Shown here: piece by piece, positions 27,069 through 40,368 of the stretch | Layout: each line of letters opens with the position of its first letter | Position numbering within the stretch: position 1 is the stretch's first letter | DNA from: Podarcis gaigeae | Lineage: Eukaryota | DNA: 64,000 bases | Assembly (NCBI GenBank): GCA_964106915.2 | Contig: OZ066917.1 | Strand: one strand, 5' to 3' | Made by a program: the position numbers and the translations under genes | Notes under the pieces: generated by a model | What the model was told of the DNA's origin: nothing | Databases searched by the model: none | Seen by the model: only the letters and a program-made list of their open reading frames with translations

Positions 27069-28182
27069 AAGTGGCAAATTGTCACATATTTCAGATGAAT
27101 TCTACCTTCAAAACTGATTTAGCTAATAGCTGGCAAGATCTGATGCAGTTTAATCACATGGGGTGGGCAGATCATGGGAGAAGTTTCAGTGAAAGCATGA
27201 TTCAAATTTTAAACACATTTAAGAATGGCATGGGAATTAGCCACTGGGCAGCATCTGTTGCAGAAAGATAGGGATTCAACAGGTTATCTTGTACAAAACG
27301 GCAGGTAACTAAAAGTCTGTATCCAGCCTCTGTTTCGCCCAGATCCCTAACCTTCTCTTCCTGTGTGTGCATGCAAAATGTTGAATCCACTGGTTAATCT
27401 TGGTCTGACAGCAGGGCATGCCAGGTGTGATCTTTGCATTTTTGTATGTTTGCTTTGCTGTTGCTGCTGTTCAGTTTTAAATTAATTATTTGTATTCTAC
27501 GCATTGTGACCAATTGTGACGGCTTATAGTTTTTAGCAATAAAGATTTTATTCATTCATGCATTCATGCATCAGTTCTGCAGACAAGTTCCTATAAATAC
27601 ACAGCAAAGTTTATGCTAAGGGTACAAACCAGAAAAGCCCTGCTTCCTAGATTCCATGTTACATCTTCTGCCCTGGGGACAAAGGGGGGACTTTTTATTT
27701 CTAACTCAAACCTGCTGCCTGGTGCTGAGGATATTTTGGTGTAGAGTTAAATTAACTGCCTCTCTAATCAGTTAACACAAGCATTACAAGTCAGAATTCA
27801 CATTTTCTCTGTTTATTTTTGGAGTGAAATTCTTCGTTCCATTTGCTCTGTGAATAAACTTAACTTTTTGGTTAAAGTAAACTGGCATGTTAATCTGGTT
27901 CTTCTTAGAACAGATTCTAATTTAAACTTGACTGGAATCCAGGATCTGGCTTTTGAAGGCTGCTGTTGCCTCCCACTTGTCTCTCCTGCAATCTGAAATG
28001 TCACTGTAACATCCAAATGCTTAATTTCTGGATTATATATATAGCAGACTTCCAGAATTTAGACTGTGATGTAGTGCAGAAGCACATTTTGCTACACAAT
28101 CGGATCACCTGGGTGGCATTGTGACAGTATTACCCAATAGTGGGGGCATTAGATATACAACATTAGGGGAATGTAACATTAA

Positions 28183-28435
28183 AAGGTAAAGGGACCCCTG
28201 ACCATTAGGTCTAGTCATGGTTGCGGTGCTCATCTCGCTTCCGGCGTACAGCTTCCGGGTCATGTGGCCAGCATGACTAAGCTACTTCTGGCGAACCAGA
28301 GCAGTGCATGGAAACGCCGTTTACCTTCCCGCCGGAGCGGTACCTATTTATCTACTTGCACTTTGACGCGCTTTCAAACTGCTAGGTTGACAGGAGCAGG
28401 GACCAAGCAACGGGAGCTCACCCCTTCACGGGGGG
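28183..28435 (-). mobile_element. Sauria SINE, 5'-truncated with internal deletions
   Basis: aaaggtaaagggacccctgacc tail and gtacctatttatctac core. Confidence 0.85.
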
Positions 28436-28474
28436 AGATATTAAAGATTAACATTAAATATATATGCTAACATC

Positions 28475-28628
28475 AGGGCACGGATAGCTCAGTTTGTTAG
28501 AGCGTGGTGCTGATTACACCAAGGTTGCAGGTTCGATCCCTGTTATGGGATGGCTGCATATTCCTGCATTGCAGGGGGTTGGACTAGATGGCCCTCAGGG
28601 TCCCTTCCAACTCTACAATTCTATGATT
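28475..28628 (+). mobile_element. tRNA-headed SINE with CR1-derived 3' tail
   Basis: A box tagctcagtttg, B box ggttcgatccc, tail cccttccaactctacaattctatgatt. Confidence 0.8.
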
Positions 28629-28797
28629 AAAATATTTAACAGTAAAATGTAGAATCTCTCTCGCTTACTCACTCTCAGACACAATATTTTTCAAAATAAA
28701 TGTCTCTTCTGAATGGGATAAAAACATAAGGAGGTATTCTTCCACATCTTGTAAAAACTGTTAGTCCACCAGGTCTTGGGAAGGGGATGGTGGTGAA

Positions 28798-28846
<49 letters not shown>

Positions 28847-30098
28847 TTATTTACATCCTGCCCATCTGATGAGGCCTGTTTTCTGCCTCTTTATTTCTTC
28901 TCCTTTTTGAAGGAATCTATCATTTCCAAGCTTTTTAGCTCCATTTTTAATAAAAGGCAATACATGACTATAAAAAAAAGGAAGCATAAAATGTCTCCTG
29001 ATGCGAAGCAACAAATGAGAAACAGGCAATTGATATAATCTAATCTAGGATCTTAAATGTTTGGACCAAACAGAGTGCAAGTTCGATCTTCCTCTCATAA
29101 AAACCAAACCACAGTAAAATCAGCAGCTGGGAGAAAGCTGGACTTTCCTGGGAAAAGAGAAAGTGCAGGAAACAGAAACAGGATTTCAAGGTTACAGGCC
29201 AAGAGTGGGGCTCTGACAAGAAATCTCAGAGGGAGGGAATGACTTTTCCTGAGAGGTGCTCCTGGCAGTAATATCATTTGCTCCCCTCGCCAACAGCTGT
29301 TCTTACAGGCTCCCCTGAAGGAGCATGGAAGGGAAGAAAAATTACAGGAGGCCCTTAAGGCAGCTGCAGACACTAGCAGAGCAAATCCATAAAAAGGCCA
29401 AGCTTAGAAAAGACACTGATGGTGGGAAAGCCCAGAATCCTGAGGAGAATTGTCTACTGCTCTCTGCAAGGAGCCATCAACATGAAGCTCCCCTCAGTCC
29501 CTAAATATAGCATCTGCCCCAGCCATTTGCCAATCTGTTTAAATTACGTTTTTGCTTGTTTCAGAAATGACGCTTCCATGTATCTCAGCTCCGCAAAGTA
29601 CAGCCAGTGGAATTTGTTCACTGTCTCTTACATTAATTGGGTAGCCTGAGCCCAACACAGTATTTGGGGCCATGCTATTTCCTTACTTAAATTAAAGCAT
29701 GGTGAATTTCCTGCCAAACTATCTCTTGCCCTCCCCCCCTGTGGTTGTTCAATGGCTTTGGTAGCAAAAAGTCATGTGCAAATTTTATTTACTTCTTTTT
29801 TTTAAAGCAGATACCCACATTGGCAGAAGTTACGGGCAGAAAATATACTGAGAAGATCAAGAACAAATGCCATAGCGCTATGCACTGAAGAAAGGCAACG
29901 TGATTTGCAAAAGCTTTCTGGGTATCCCACTGTGTGATATGGTGAGGCAAGGCAAAGCCCAACTCAGGCGCAAGAGAAAGCCAGGTTCAGCCTGGACACA
30001 AGGCAAGACAAGGATCAGATTGGATATACTGCAGGGCTCAGTTGTCCTGCAACCTACAGTTGCTCTAGAAAGGAACACAATGAAAAAAGTCCTTATGT

Positions 30099-30100
<2 letters not shown>

Positions 30101-30149
<49 letters not shown>
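30101..30149. repeat. (CAG)n microsatellite, ~16 units, intronic
   Basis: Seen directly in the sequence. Confidence 0.95.
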
Positions 30150-30151
<2 letters not shown>

Positions 30152-30205
30152 GTGATACCTAATTGTTAGCCCCACTCACAATGCGAGGTGCTGCTGTACT
30201 AAAAA

Positions 30206-30527
30206 GGGTTAAACCACAGAGCCTAGGACTTTCCGATCAGAAGGTCGGCGGTTCAAATCCCTGCAACGGGGTGAGCTCCCGTTGCTCGGTCCCAGCTCCT
30301 GCCAACCTAGCAGTTTGAAAGCACGTCAAGTAGATAAATAGGTACCACTCTGGTGGGAAGGTAAGTGTGCTGCTCTGGTTTGCCAGAAGCGGCTTAGTCA
30401 TGCCAGCCACATGACCTGGAAGCTGTATGCCGGCTCCCTCAGCCAATAAAGCGAGATGAGCGCCGCAACCCCAGAGTCGGCCACGACTGGACCTAATGGT
30501 CAGGGGGTCCCTTTACCTTTACCTTAC
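30206..30527 (+). mobile_element. Sauria SINE
   Basis: gggttaaaccacagagcctagg...cctttacctttacc. Confidence 0.88.
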
Positions 30528-33500
30528 TGCAATGGAGCAGGGGAGCCTCAGGTCTTCTGATCAGCAAATAAGCAGCCTTCTATTATGTTTTTGATTTTAA
30601 TCTTGCTTGATTTAATATGCAGAAAAATCAAAGGCAAAGAAAATTCTTAGGTTGAGCATGGATGTGTTGAAAGTGAGGCCACCCATCATTCAAGAACTCT
30701 GCAAGCTTCTGCCAGTGTTTTATATTCCTTTCAGCTTTAAGAACTTCTCGGCAAATCTAAGAGGGCTATTTTGCTGTCTCGTGTTCTTTATAACCAGCAT
30801 TTCTGAATAGCTTCACAACAGAATGCTGGATACATCTGACAGGTGCAATAACCCGGAAAAATGACTTCATGCTCTTCATAAACAGCCTCTGGGAAGTCAT
30901 TTAAACACAACCACAAAAAGTCTCCTGCAGGTTAGAATTACCAGTTCTGCAAGGAACAATGAGAAAGAATTGCCAATTTAAAGCAATAATGTAAGCTATT
31001 AAATAATTTTGAATACGGTGGTGGGAGGGAGAATCACCGGATGTAAAGTCTTATACTGCAATGCTATGTACATCGTCTACTTCAAAATCCTACTGAGTTC
31101 TACTGGGATTACTCACAGGTAAGTGTGTGCAAAACTGCAGCCTTATTTCCTTACTGGAAAAACAACAACAAGAAGAAGAAGCAAATGGATGAGGTCTGCT
31201 GGGAAGGAATCATTTTGTAGCTTTCTAACAGTTGTTTCCACACTTTGCCTGCGGTATATTACTCTCTACAGTGCAATGATGTAAATAACTTGGCATATTG
31301 TAAAAGCTCAGCTAAGCACGGTTAGCACAGCTAGTTTGGGGGCCATCTAGGAGCCTAGCACATGATGTGAATTACAAAGGGTTGGAGAGCACTTGAGAAG
31401 AATTCAAAGAAAGAAAAGAAAAGCTGTTTGAAGAGAGAGGGAGAGAGAGAGAAAAAAAGAGTGGGTTTGGTGGAGGAAGGGGGAGAGACATAACACATCC
31501 TTATTGGAGTGTTAAATCAGGCGCAGGGTTTCAGGAGTTGCCAGTTTAAAAAATGCTTCACTGTCAAAGTTGGGAGTCGAGGCAGCGCACAGAACTGAGG
31601 CTGCAGTGTATAGAAGCCCACAGGCTGTCAGAATCTGAAGAGGTTCCTGGAGTGAGGGCGGAAAGCAGGAAGGAAGGAATGAAAAATATTTTAAGGCCAA
31701 TTATTGTTCTTTTTTCTTTACCCTTGACTCTAAAGAATATGAAGTAGGTTTTTTTAAAAGGATTATATTCAGTCTTGACCACACCTCTCAACCGTTTGGG
31801 ATTTTCCAGAACATTCCATGGGCACAGACAGCAAACCATGTATTAAGTCACAACACATCACTAGTAATGGGCAAACCCACCACACTCCCAATCAGAATTA
31901 AATCTGATTTGGAATTAATCTGGAAGATAGTTTCCCCCTCTGTCTCCTGAAAACCCCAAACGAGGCCCACAACTTTGGATTTGGTCTGGAGGTCTTGCTG
32001 CAGGGTGAAGATGACAAGGTCCACAGGCCTCAGTACCTGTCAAAGCACCTTAAAATTTCTGGACTGCCCTCACTTTGCACATATTACTAGGAAGGTGGGC
32101 AATGAGCAGTGGTAAGTTGCACAAAGAGGGTGGGGTAGATTTTAGGGATGCAAAAGAACCAGAGTCATCCCAGCATTTGCCCTCATTGGGATTTTAGATA
32201 GCTCCGCCCTGCCACAGGCTTCAACTTCAACTTTCGAACTAAGCACGGTTCTCCACTATGTCCAAACTTAGGAGCTGAAGTTAGCTAACAAACTATGATT
32301 TCAAACCATGGTTTGATAACCATCACCTAGCTGCACTTAGAAGTAAAATTTCTGACTTCTAGTGCTACGGGGAACTGTGCTTAGTTGAGAAGCAGAAGTG
32401 CATTCTTTTAAGAGGAAACGATGGTTGGCTGAATCAGGCCAGTGTCAGTGTCCTACTAAAAATCAATGAATGCAGAGTGAAGAGGCTAGAGTCTGTGGAT
32501 TGAGACCGGGAGAAATAGGCTGAGGGCTTGAAAGAACAGGACAAAAGGAGAAATGGAAAGAGAAATACCCTCATTCTTATTGTTAAGTCAAGAAGCTGGG
32601 AAGGGCTCCACGGCCAGGTGAATTAAGCTCCACCCCCAGTTGCCATTCTCGTCACTCCCTATGAGTTTGGCTCCTGTGATCATAGAGGCTTCCTGCCTTT
32701 TTAGAACTTTTTCCAGGGTTATAAAACGTGCAAGGATTCCTCTACAAGCACAGGAGGTTTCCTGCTTCGGACTATCTCTCCCTCCTGCCACCTCCTCCAG
32801 CCAATAAGCATGGGAGAACTGTAGATTACAGTGATGATGCCTGGCATTTTTCTTTCTTCTTTTTAAACAGTCTACAGTTCCGTCAATATCAATATATATT
32901 ACGAGGGGTTTTCTGCAGAGAATGAAAGAGGAAGCACGGTAATGCGGTTATCGCATTTGGCCTAATCAAATTCCGCCCTGAAATTCTGTTCTGCTTAAAA
33001 AACTGCACTCTGCAAAATCAATAGCTCTATGTAATTAAAGGCAGTGTTGGTGTATCTCTTCCACACACCCAGGTCTCAAGGGGCTGAGCGGGGGCACCAC
33101 TCAGGCTATAATAGAGTTGGAAAGACACTCTTCCTCCTCCATCTCTGCTGTTATTCTTAATAGACACTCTAGTGGCTGAAACGGCTGCTGAGCAAGGAAC
33201 TCTTGTTAGCCTAGAAAACAGGCGCTGCATTTTGTGAAAGCCTCAGTATAAAACGCACAAGGGAATCATGATTTTCTTCACATGGTAAAACTACGCCAGT
33301 CAAATAAAATAAAAAAACTCTCGAAAGCCCTTTTAACCCCAAGGCATTTTAACAAACTATTACACAGAGAAGATGCTACTGATTTGTCTAAAGGCTTCCT
33401 CTCCCCAAATACAGCACAGTTCCGATTATGAAAGTGGAATATAGTTGGGTTGGAAAGAGAGAAAGCCAACTTCCTGCAGTACTCAGAGGTTAAAGATGTC

Positions 33501-33669
33501 CTGGAATCAAGCCAAAGGAAGAAAGAAAGAAAAGCAAATGGCTGATCCATATTATAGGTTACGTCAGGGCTTCCTCCAGACTTCCAACAACACAGCCAGG
33601 AATTTCCATTGGGCTGCTCCAACTATCTGCTAAACTTAACCTTAAAAGTGCCAGATTCATATGTCTATA

Positions 33670-33884
33670 CAGTGGTACCTCAGGTTATGAACTTAATTCA
33701 TTCCGGAAGTCCATTCTTAACCAGAGGCGTGCATTCCCTATATAGGCCTCCCGCGGCCCCAGAAGCGGATTGCGTTCGTATCCCGGGGCAAAGTTTGCAA
33801 CCCGGAACACCTACTTCTGGGTCTGTGGAGTTCATAACCTGAAGTGTTCGTAAGCAGGACTGTTCGTAACCTCAGGTACCACTG
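33670..33884. mobile_element. Tc1/mariner MITE (related subfamily)
   Basis: cagtggtacctcagg...ctcaggtaccactg, TA flanks. Confidence 0.82.
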
Positions 33885-33933
33885 TATTAACAAGTACACT
33901 GACAGCACCTTATGGCTTTCAGGCTCAGCCAAG

Positions 33934-34184
33934 AAGAAGAAGAAGAGTTTGGATTTGATATCCGGCTTTATCACTACCCTAAGGAGTCTCAAAGCAGCTA
34001 ACAATCTCCTTTCCCTTCCTCCCCCACAACAAACACTCTGTGAGGTGAGTGGGGCTGAGAGACTTCAGAGAAGTGTGACTAGTCCAAGGTCACCCAGCAG
34101 CTATATGTGGAGGAGCGGAGACGTGAACCCGGTTCCCCAGATTATGAGTCTACCATGCTTAACCACGACATCACACTGGCTCTC
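33934..34184 (-). mobile_element. tRNA-derived SINE with (CTT)n tail (Squam3/L2-tail-like)
   Basis: (aag)n end, acaaacactctgtgaggtgag core, tRNA-like head at right. Confidence 0.6.
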
Positions 34185-35219
34185 AGAAGACCCTCAAGAA
34201 GGGGGTTTTTCTAGGAATATTTCTGCCATGGTAAACAAACTGAAGAAGCAGTTCTGCAGGGAGCAAAAAGACGTAAGGTAGATGGTGGGGTGGCATAAAA
34301 GAAAAAAAAGAAATGAACTAACAGGGGGCTCCTTTTAGAGGTAGACTGATAGAGGTGCACAAATTCAGGTTCTGAATTCCAGTGCCATTAGATCAAAGAC
34401 TTCAAGAAGGGGTGGAATTTCTTAATGGCAGGGTTTTTCCTCCCAGAAAAGCCCACTAGGCCAGTTCTGCCTCTCTCCTTTAACATGCCATGCCCTGCCC
34501 TGCATGTAAACCTAAACAAAGGTGCAGCTTTGTGTTGCAGATATAGGTCAACATCCACGAGACACATTTAAAGATGGGAATTGCAACTCTGTGAAGGTTC
34601 TCCGAAAAACTCACAGCAAATGACCATTCCCAGGGTTCTTTGGGGGATGCTATGGGTAGCATTCAACCAACTGCTCCCGGCGGTTGTGGGAAAACACAGA
34701 GCAGATTTAGGGGTGCGCACATGGGGAGAAGAGGGGGGAAGAATATTCACCTTAGTGCTACATTGAACGCAACCCAATGACTGTTAAAACCGCTATAAGA
34801 GCACTTTGAATGTATGGTGTGGATATAACCACGATCTGGGGCTTGAATCCAACATTACTTGTACTTAAGAGTAGACCAACTAAAATTAGGCCCATTCATT
34901 TCAGTGGGTGTACTCTGAGTAAAACCTAAGTGAGCTAGAACCCTTGGACAAGAGAGATCTGGATTCAAATTCTGTCACCCCAAGCTGCTCAGACGAGGTG
35001 GGATTTTGAAAGTATGCCCCTTGGACATGTTTGACCTGCTACTGAATTGCAAAATTTGCTTTAAAAGTTATTATTCTGGGCTAAGCTGCTACTAGCGCTT
35101 TATTGTTATCTTGTGGTTATTTACTTTCCAATGCTGTTTTTCATGGTATTTTATTCAGATTTGCATTTTTCATCAAATATTGCCATTTTAATATTTTGTA
35201 TGTGTGTAAGCTGGCTTGT

Positions 35220-35584
35220 GGGATGCAGGTGGCGCTGTGGGTTAAAGCCTCAGCGCCTAGGACTTGCCGATCGAAAGGTCGGCGGTTCGAATCCCTGCGG
35301 CGGGGTGCGCTCCCGCTGCTCGGTCCCAGCGCCTGCCAACCTAGCAGTTCGAAAGCACCTCCGGGTGCAAGTAGATAAATAGGGACCGCTTACCAGCGGG
35401 AAGGTAAACGGCGTTTCCGTGTGCGGCTCTGGCTCGCCAGAGCAGCGATGTCACACTGGCCACGTGACCCGGAAGTGTCTCCGGACAGCGCTGGCCCCTG
35501 GCCTCTTAAAGTCAGATGGGCGCACAACCCCAGAGTCTGTCAAGACTGGCCCGTACGGGCAGGGGTACCTTTACCTTTACCTTT
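35220..35584 (+). mobile_element. Sauria SINE, young CpG-rich subfamily, 14-bp TSD
   Basis: TSD taagctggcttgtg on both sides. Diagnostic differences from the other copies. CpGs retained. Confidence 0.9.
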
Positions 35585-35752
35585 TAAGCTGGCTTGTGAG
35601 GGCTTGGTCCTAAAAGGCAGCCAAAAACCGATCACTAAATGTATGTATGTATGTATGTATGTATGTATGTGTGTATGTATGTTATAGATCAAAGAAAGAG
35701 AGAAGGGAGTAGCTGTATTAATAACATGGGGAACATGGTCGAAGGCACTTAC

Positions 35753-36191
35753 GCAGCTCTTCCCGGTGCTTCTCTGTTTGCTCAAAATACTGGCGGAGCT
35801 CTTCTGTGATCTCCATGTTGCTCAAGTCACACTCGATATCTGCTTCGTCTTCGGAGTCGGTGTCTGTTTCAGAATCGCTCTCCACGACCCCCCTGCCTGC
35901 GGCATTACGTGGGGCATGTTGAGACCTGGGAGGGAGCCTGGGTTGGCTCCCTCGTGTGAAAGCAGAATAGGACCCGGTCCTCAGGGGCTCCCCTTCATCC
36001 CAATCAGAGTAGCGTCCACTGGGAAGACTTTCAGAAGGAGAAAATGGCAGATTGTACAAGGACTCCATGGCTTTCCTGTAAGCATATCGGTGCCTGCTCA
36101 TCCACTCCATGGCTTGGTTGTAATGCTTCCAGTATCTCGCATAGACATTTTGGGAATACCATGGTCCTTTCTCTTGAAGCACTGAATCCCC
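35753..36191 (-). CDS. GEMIN8: GEMIN8 main coding exon (439 nt)
   Basis: GDSVLQEKGPWYSQNVYARYWKHYNQAMEWM...ECDLSNMEITEELRQYFEQTEKHREEL matches GEMIN8 motifs (PWYSHPVYARYWQHY; ECDLSNMEITEELRQYF). Acceptor ttcttag| at 36192-36193. Donor |gtaagt at 35752. 439 = 146x3+1 nt. Confidence 0.95.
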
Positions 36192-39131
36192 CTAAGAACA
36201 TGGGCAAAGATAAAAAAAAATCAATTATTTCTACAGCATGTCCTCCATCTCCCAATTAATTCATGCAGCCCATTCCTGCCACTAATTCGGAAAGCGATGC
36301 AACTTTCTGTCCTACTATTAGCTCAGTCCCAAGCACATGACTCTTAGGTGGTTATCACATTAAGGTGGTTGATAAAATATTTTGATTTATAAGGCACTGG
36401 CAGCTTTGCACCAATCCTAAGATCACCTAAGTTGACAGAAGTCCCCAGGAGCCTGAAATCGGGTAGCTTAGTAGCTCCAAGTGGATAAGAGATAAGGCCA
36501 CAGGTTGTGCTTGCTCTGTGTCTACTATAACTCTATCCTTAAAGTAAGGGAGTGCATTTCCCTTGATTCATCCAAGCCAGAAGAGTATCGCTCATGTAAC
36601 TAGGGTATCCTTTTGCTCCTTGGCCACCTTCTTCTGTTCAAGGCAACCTACAATTAAATCCAGCATTTGTTTACACAGAAGAATCAATCAGATGTGCAAC
36701 CTCCTTTGCCCATGGAAAAAATCATCTCTAATCAGCGAGATACAATGTGCAACAGTTCAATAAAGCATCTCTCTCTGTCAACACACACTTGTGAACCTGG
36801 TTGCACAAACTCAACCCATTTGCTTAAGTGGAAAAGGATGCTCAAATAGCTAAACAGCGGTGGAGTGAGAGCTAAATGGAGTGCAGAGATCCCTCAAGCA
36901 TTTAAGCTGACAAGAGATTTAGCAAGGCAGTCCCAGTTACGTTATCTAGTGTCTCTTCCCTCCACTATGCAGATGACCTGGGGGTCTCTAACTGAAGAGA
37001 CCCCCATGAATACCGTTTCTCTCTCCCTCTTTTTCAAAGGAGAGAAATCATGTGAACAGGAGCTCAAAACTATTGGCGTTGGCATGGAAGACGACATGCC
37101 ATGTCATCTGTGTGTGGGGTGTCCTGCTCCTCCATCAAGTGAAGACAACATGAACCAAGGCACTGACACCCCCTCCCTACTAGGCACCCCAAAAAAACCC
37201 CAATTCACTAATATGGTGAGAAACATTGCACTCTTATTTCAACATGAAAAACCTGTCAAGATTAACTGGAGGTCATGAAACAGACCAGAGTCTCCGTGCT
37301 TTATGAATATACATTTTGGAGGCAAAATCCTGAACGCTTCAGAATTTGACAGGATTGACTTCTGCCGCGCGAGTATTCCGCCCTAAACTATTAAGAATAA
37401 ATGAATTCCAAAAGCCTAATTGTATTTACTCTTGCCATTCAGTTTTGACAATAAGTCTTAAGAGGTCAGTCTCCTTTTGTTTATGGCTAGTTTCACTTTC
37501 TGGTTCCCATGGACTAATAGGACGCACTTTTTTGTGTCAGACATACTTGAATACAAGTAGAAGTCTCCCCCTCCCCTCCCAGCCCATCTCTGAAAGGCTT
37601 TGGTGGGGGAGGGGCGGAGCCCTAACAATGGGCTTGATATGCATCCCACTGAAGTCAATGGCAACATTCCCATTATTTTAATGGCGCTGGACTGCTCCCA
37701 ATGGTCTTTGGAAACCAGCTTTTAAGAACAAGGGCAAATAGCTCCAAATTATTTTTATATGCAACTTTTAAAATTAAAAAGTTCACACTTTCACAATTTT
37801 GTATATATTTAAAATTTCAGAAAATAATATTGGGAACATCAGGACTTACAGTGCAGTCCTAACTACACCAACTCTTGTTTAATTTAATGGGGCTTACTTC
37901 CTTGTTATGACTGCAGCCTTAGCTGTAGAAGCCATATTTATTTCAGTGGGTCTACTCTTAAGTATTACCAAGTCTGGATCTAACCGAATCAATTCGGTTC
38001 CGGGTTTGGTACACCACATTCTGGATGAAAATAAAATGCCAGGTGGTGATTGTACCATTCTGAGCATCTGGTAGAATTGCATCCCAGAACTTTATCATCT
38101 CAAAAAGTACATGGATCGCTGTGCATTTGAAAGTGACCCACATCAAATGTCCACTAGCTTAACCTTTTCCCTAACGTGCTACCTTTACCTATGTAGCTCT
38201 GAATTAGTCACATAGCCAAGTCAAGACAGTATCCATTTTGAAAGCAACTGCACTATATTTTAATAAGGTTTGCTAGCTTTACTCACTGAATTTTTAAGTA
38301 TACATCACCAATAGTTCTAACAGTTTTGAGTGGCTGTTTACTCTCTCTCTCTCTCTCTCCTGCTCCGCTGCAAGGCAATGCTGAAGCGCAAAATATTATC
38401 AGCTGTTCTTTTTAACCAAACTGTTTCTCAAGCGGATCTTGGTGGCGACTGCAGCAAAGAAAGTGGAATACAGCTGGCTGATTTGCCTAGCTGTTGTTAA
38501 TTTAGGAGAGGAGCACAAAGGATCGTTTCAAGTAGTCAGAATTGTGATTCTGATGCTTAGCCAAATACTTCTTTTAGGGGGAATGAGGGGAGGAGGAGGA
38601 AGGGGAGGAGGAGAAGGGGTGGAAGTGACCCTGGGAAACCTCAGAATGCTGTAGGGAATGTTAAGAAGAAGCCTAGGTGTTTAAAAACATTTAAAAGGGG
38701 GAGGGAGAGAGAGAGAGAGAGAGAGAGAGAACTATAAAGCCCAGTTGAATCAATTGTATTATGCATTGCATCAGTTGAAACAATTGTTTACACATCACCA
38801 CCATCATCAGGCTGTTTCCAATTGGGTCTTTCCACTGGCTCTGTAACCCAAATGAGGTTTCTGTTACTGGAAAGTGATTTTCACTTTCCCCCTCTTTCCT
38901 CTGCAGATCCCTCTCAAAATCCGCTCCAGAAGATTGGGGAACAGTATGGCAGGTGGCACAGAGAAAGGGGCACTATGCAGAAATCGCCTCCCTCTCTCCT
39001 TTTGGCTCATAGAAGCCTCCACTGGATCAAAGAGCCTTCCATCAGTGGAGGAACTCAATTGGACACAACCCAAATCATCATCACCATCATCATCTTCTTC
39101 ACCACAACATATGGCCTTCCTGAGCTGTATA

Positions 39132-39339
39132 CAGCGGTACCTTGGAAGTCCAACGGAATCCATTCTGGAAGTCCGTTCGACTTCCAAAACCAAGGAAGCT
39201 CCTGCAGCCAATCGGAAGCCACGGAGGACGTTCGGGTTCCAAAGAACGTTCGCAAACCGGAACACTCACTTCTGGGTTTGCGGCATTTGAGAGCTAAAAC
39301 GTTCAACTTGCAAGGTGTTCGGGATCCAAGGTAATACTG
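39132..39339. mobile_element. Tc1/mariner MITE (divergent subfamily)
   Basis: cagcggtaccttgga...tccaaggtaatactg. Confidence 0.75.
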
Positions 39340-40240
39340 TGTATTATGCTTGCAGTGCTACCTTTCACAGACCTCTTATCTCGAGAATCTCATGTCTTAA
39401 AATGTATGCAACATAACACTCATGGTTTTAGGTCTGTGCATTTATTATGCCAAAAATTGCATTTTGCTTCGACTCCTATTCCCAGCCGCTTCCTTATTTA
39501 CCCTGCAAGAAGCGGTCAAGTGTCATTTAGGGGGACACATAAATACGTGGAACAGAGCTGCAAACAAACAAGTGTTTGCAAACACAGCTACTAATTCCTA
39601 ATAGGGGTTGGCTGCAGCTTCTTGTCAATTCTACACTGGGGGCAAACCTGTGAAATAGCCCCAATGGAGTGAAGGGAGAGGAAGATTCCTCAGTTAGGGC
39701 TTCCTGAGCTCAACTTCTTCTTGATTATATAGGAGGGGCTTTATCCATCCTCAGAGTCTTTCCTCCTCCTATATTTCTGATTCCTCTACATACAGGTACA
39801 TGACTCAACTGTTTTCAGCAGCACATGCACTTCTTCACATAGAATCAGCACTGTGGACTCTGTAACCAACTGCTATCCATGTACTGCAACTATTCGCTGC
39901 AAGCTGCCCAGAGGCATTTGTGTTTCGCAGCACCACTCAAATGCTGCAGGGATAAACACAGAGACAGAATCCAACAAATGTTTGTTGGGTCCCAAAGGCC
40001 CACCCGCCTCACGCCCCATTTCTCCTTCCTCCAAATCTGCCATGATGCCCTCTTTACGCTTAACCATTCTAAGCAATCTGAGCACATGTCTTTATTATGA
40101 GACAAAGCTTTAAAATGCTCGTTTGTTAAGGAAGGACTCACTGGCCATCCCCTTTCCCCATTAAACACACACACACACAGTCTCTCAGTTAAAAATGTGC
40201 CTGTGACCCCCCACAAAAATAACAATACTCTACAAAATTA

Positions 40241-40245
<5 letters not shown>

Positions 40246-40273
<28 letters not shown>
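40246..40273. repeat. (TA)n, left half of the PLE target site
   Basis: Seen directly. The right half is at 42569-42593. Confidence 0.95.
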
Positions 40274-40276
<3 letters not shown>

Positions 40277-40318
40277 GGTTTTGGTGTCCTCGGGTGTCTT
40301 CCCGTGTAAAAGTTGGGG

Positions 40319-40368
40319 TGTCTAGGCGACGTTTCGATGAGGTCTCACTCGTCATCTTCAGGCTGGTG
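40319..40368 (-). ncRNA. Mirror hammerhead motif with one stem II mismatch
   Basis: Reverse complement reads cagcCTGAAGAtgacgagtgagacctcatcGAAAcgtc. A G>A change at 40338 gives a C-A mismatch in stem II. Confidence 0.62.

Noticed and set aside
28475-28550. Functional tRNA gene
   Set aside because: A and B boxes are present, but the acceptor stem is imperfect and it runs directly into a CR1-derived tail, so it is a SINE head.
30101-30149. Polyglutamine-coding exon
   Set aside because: Preceded by an in-frame TAG, with no splice or ORF context. It is an intronic microsatellite.
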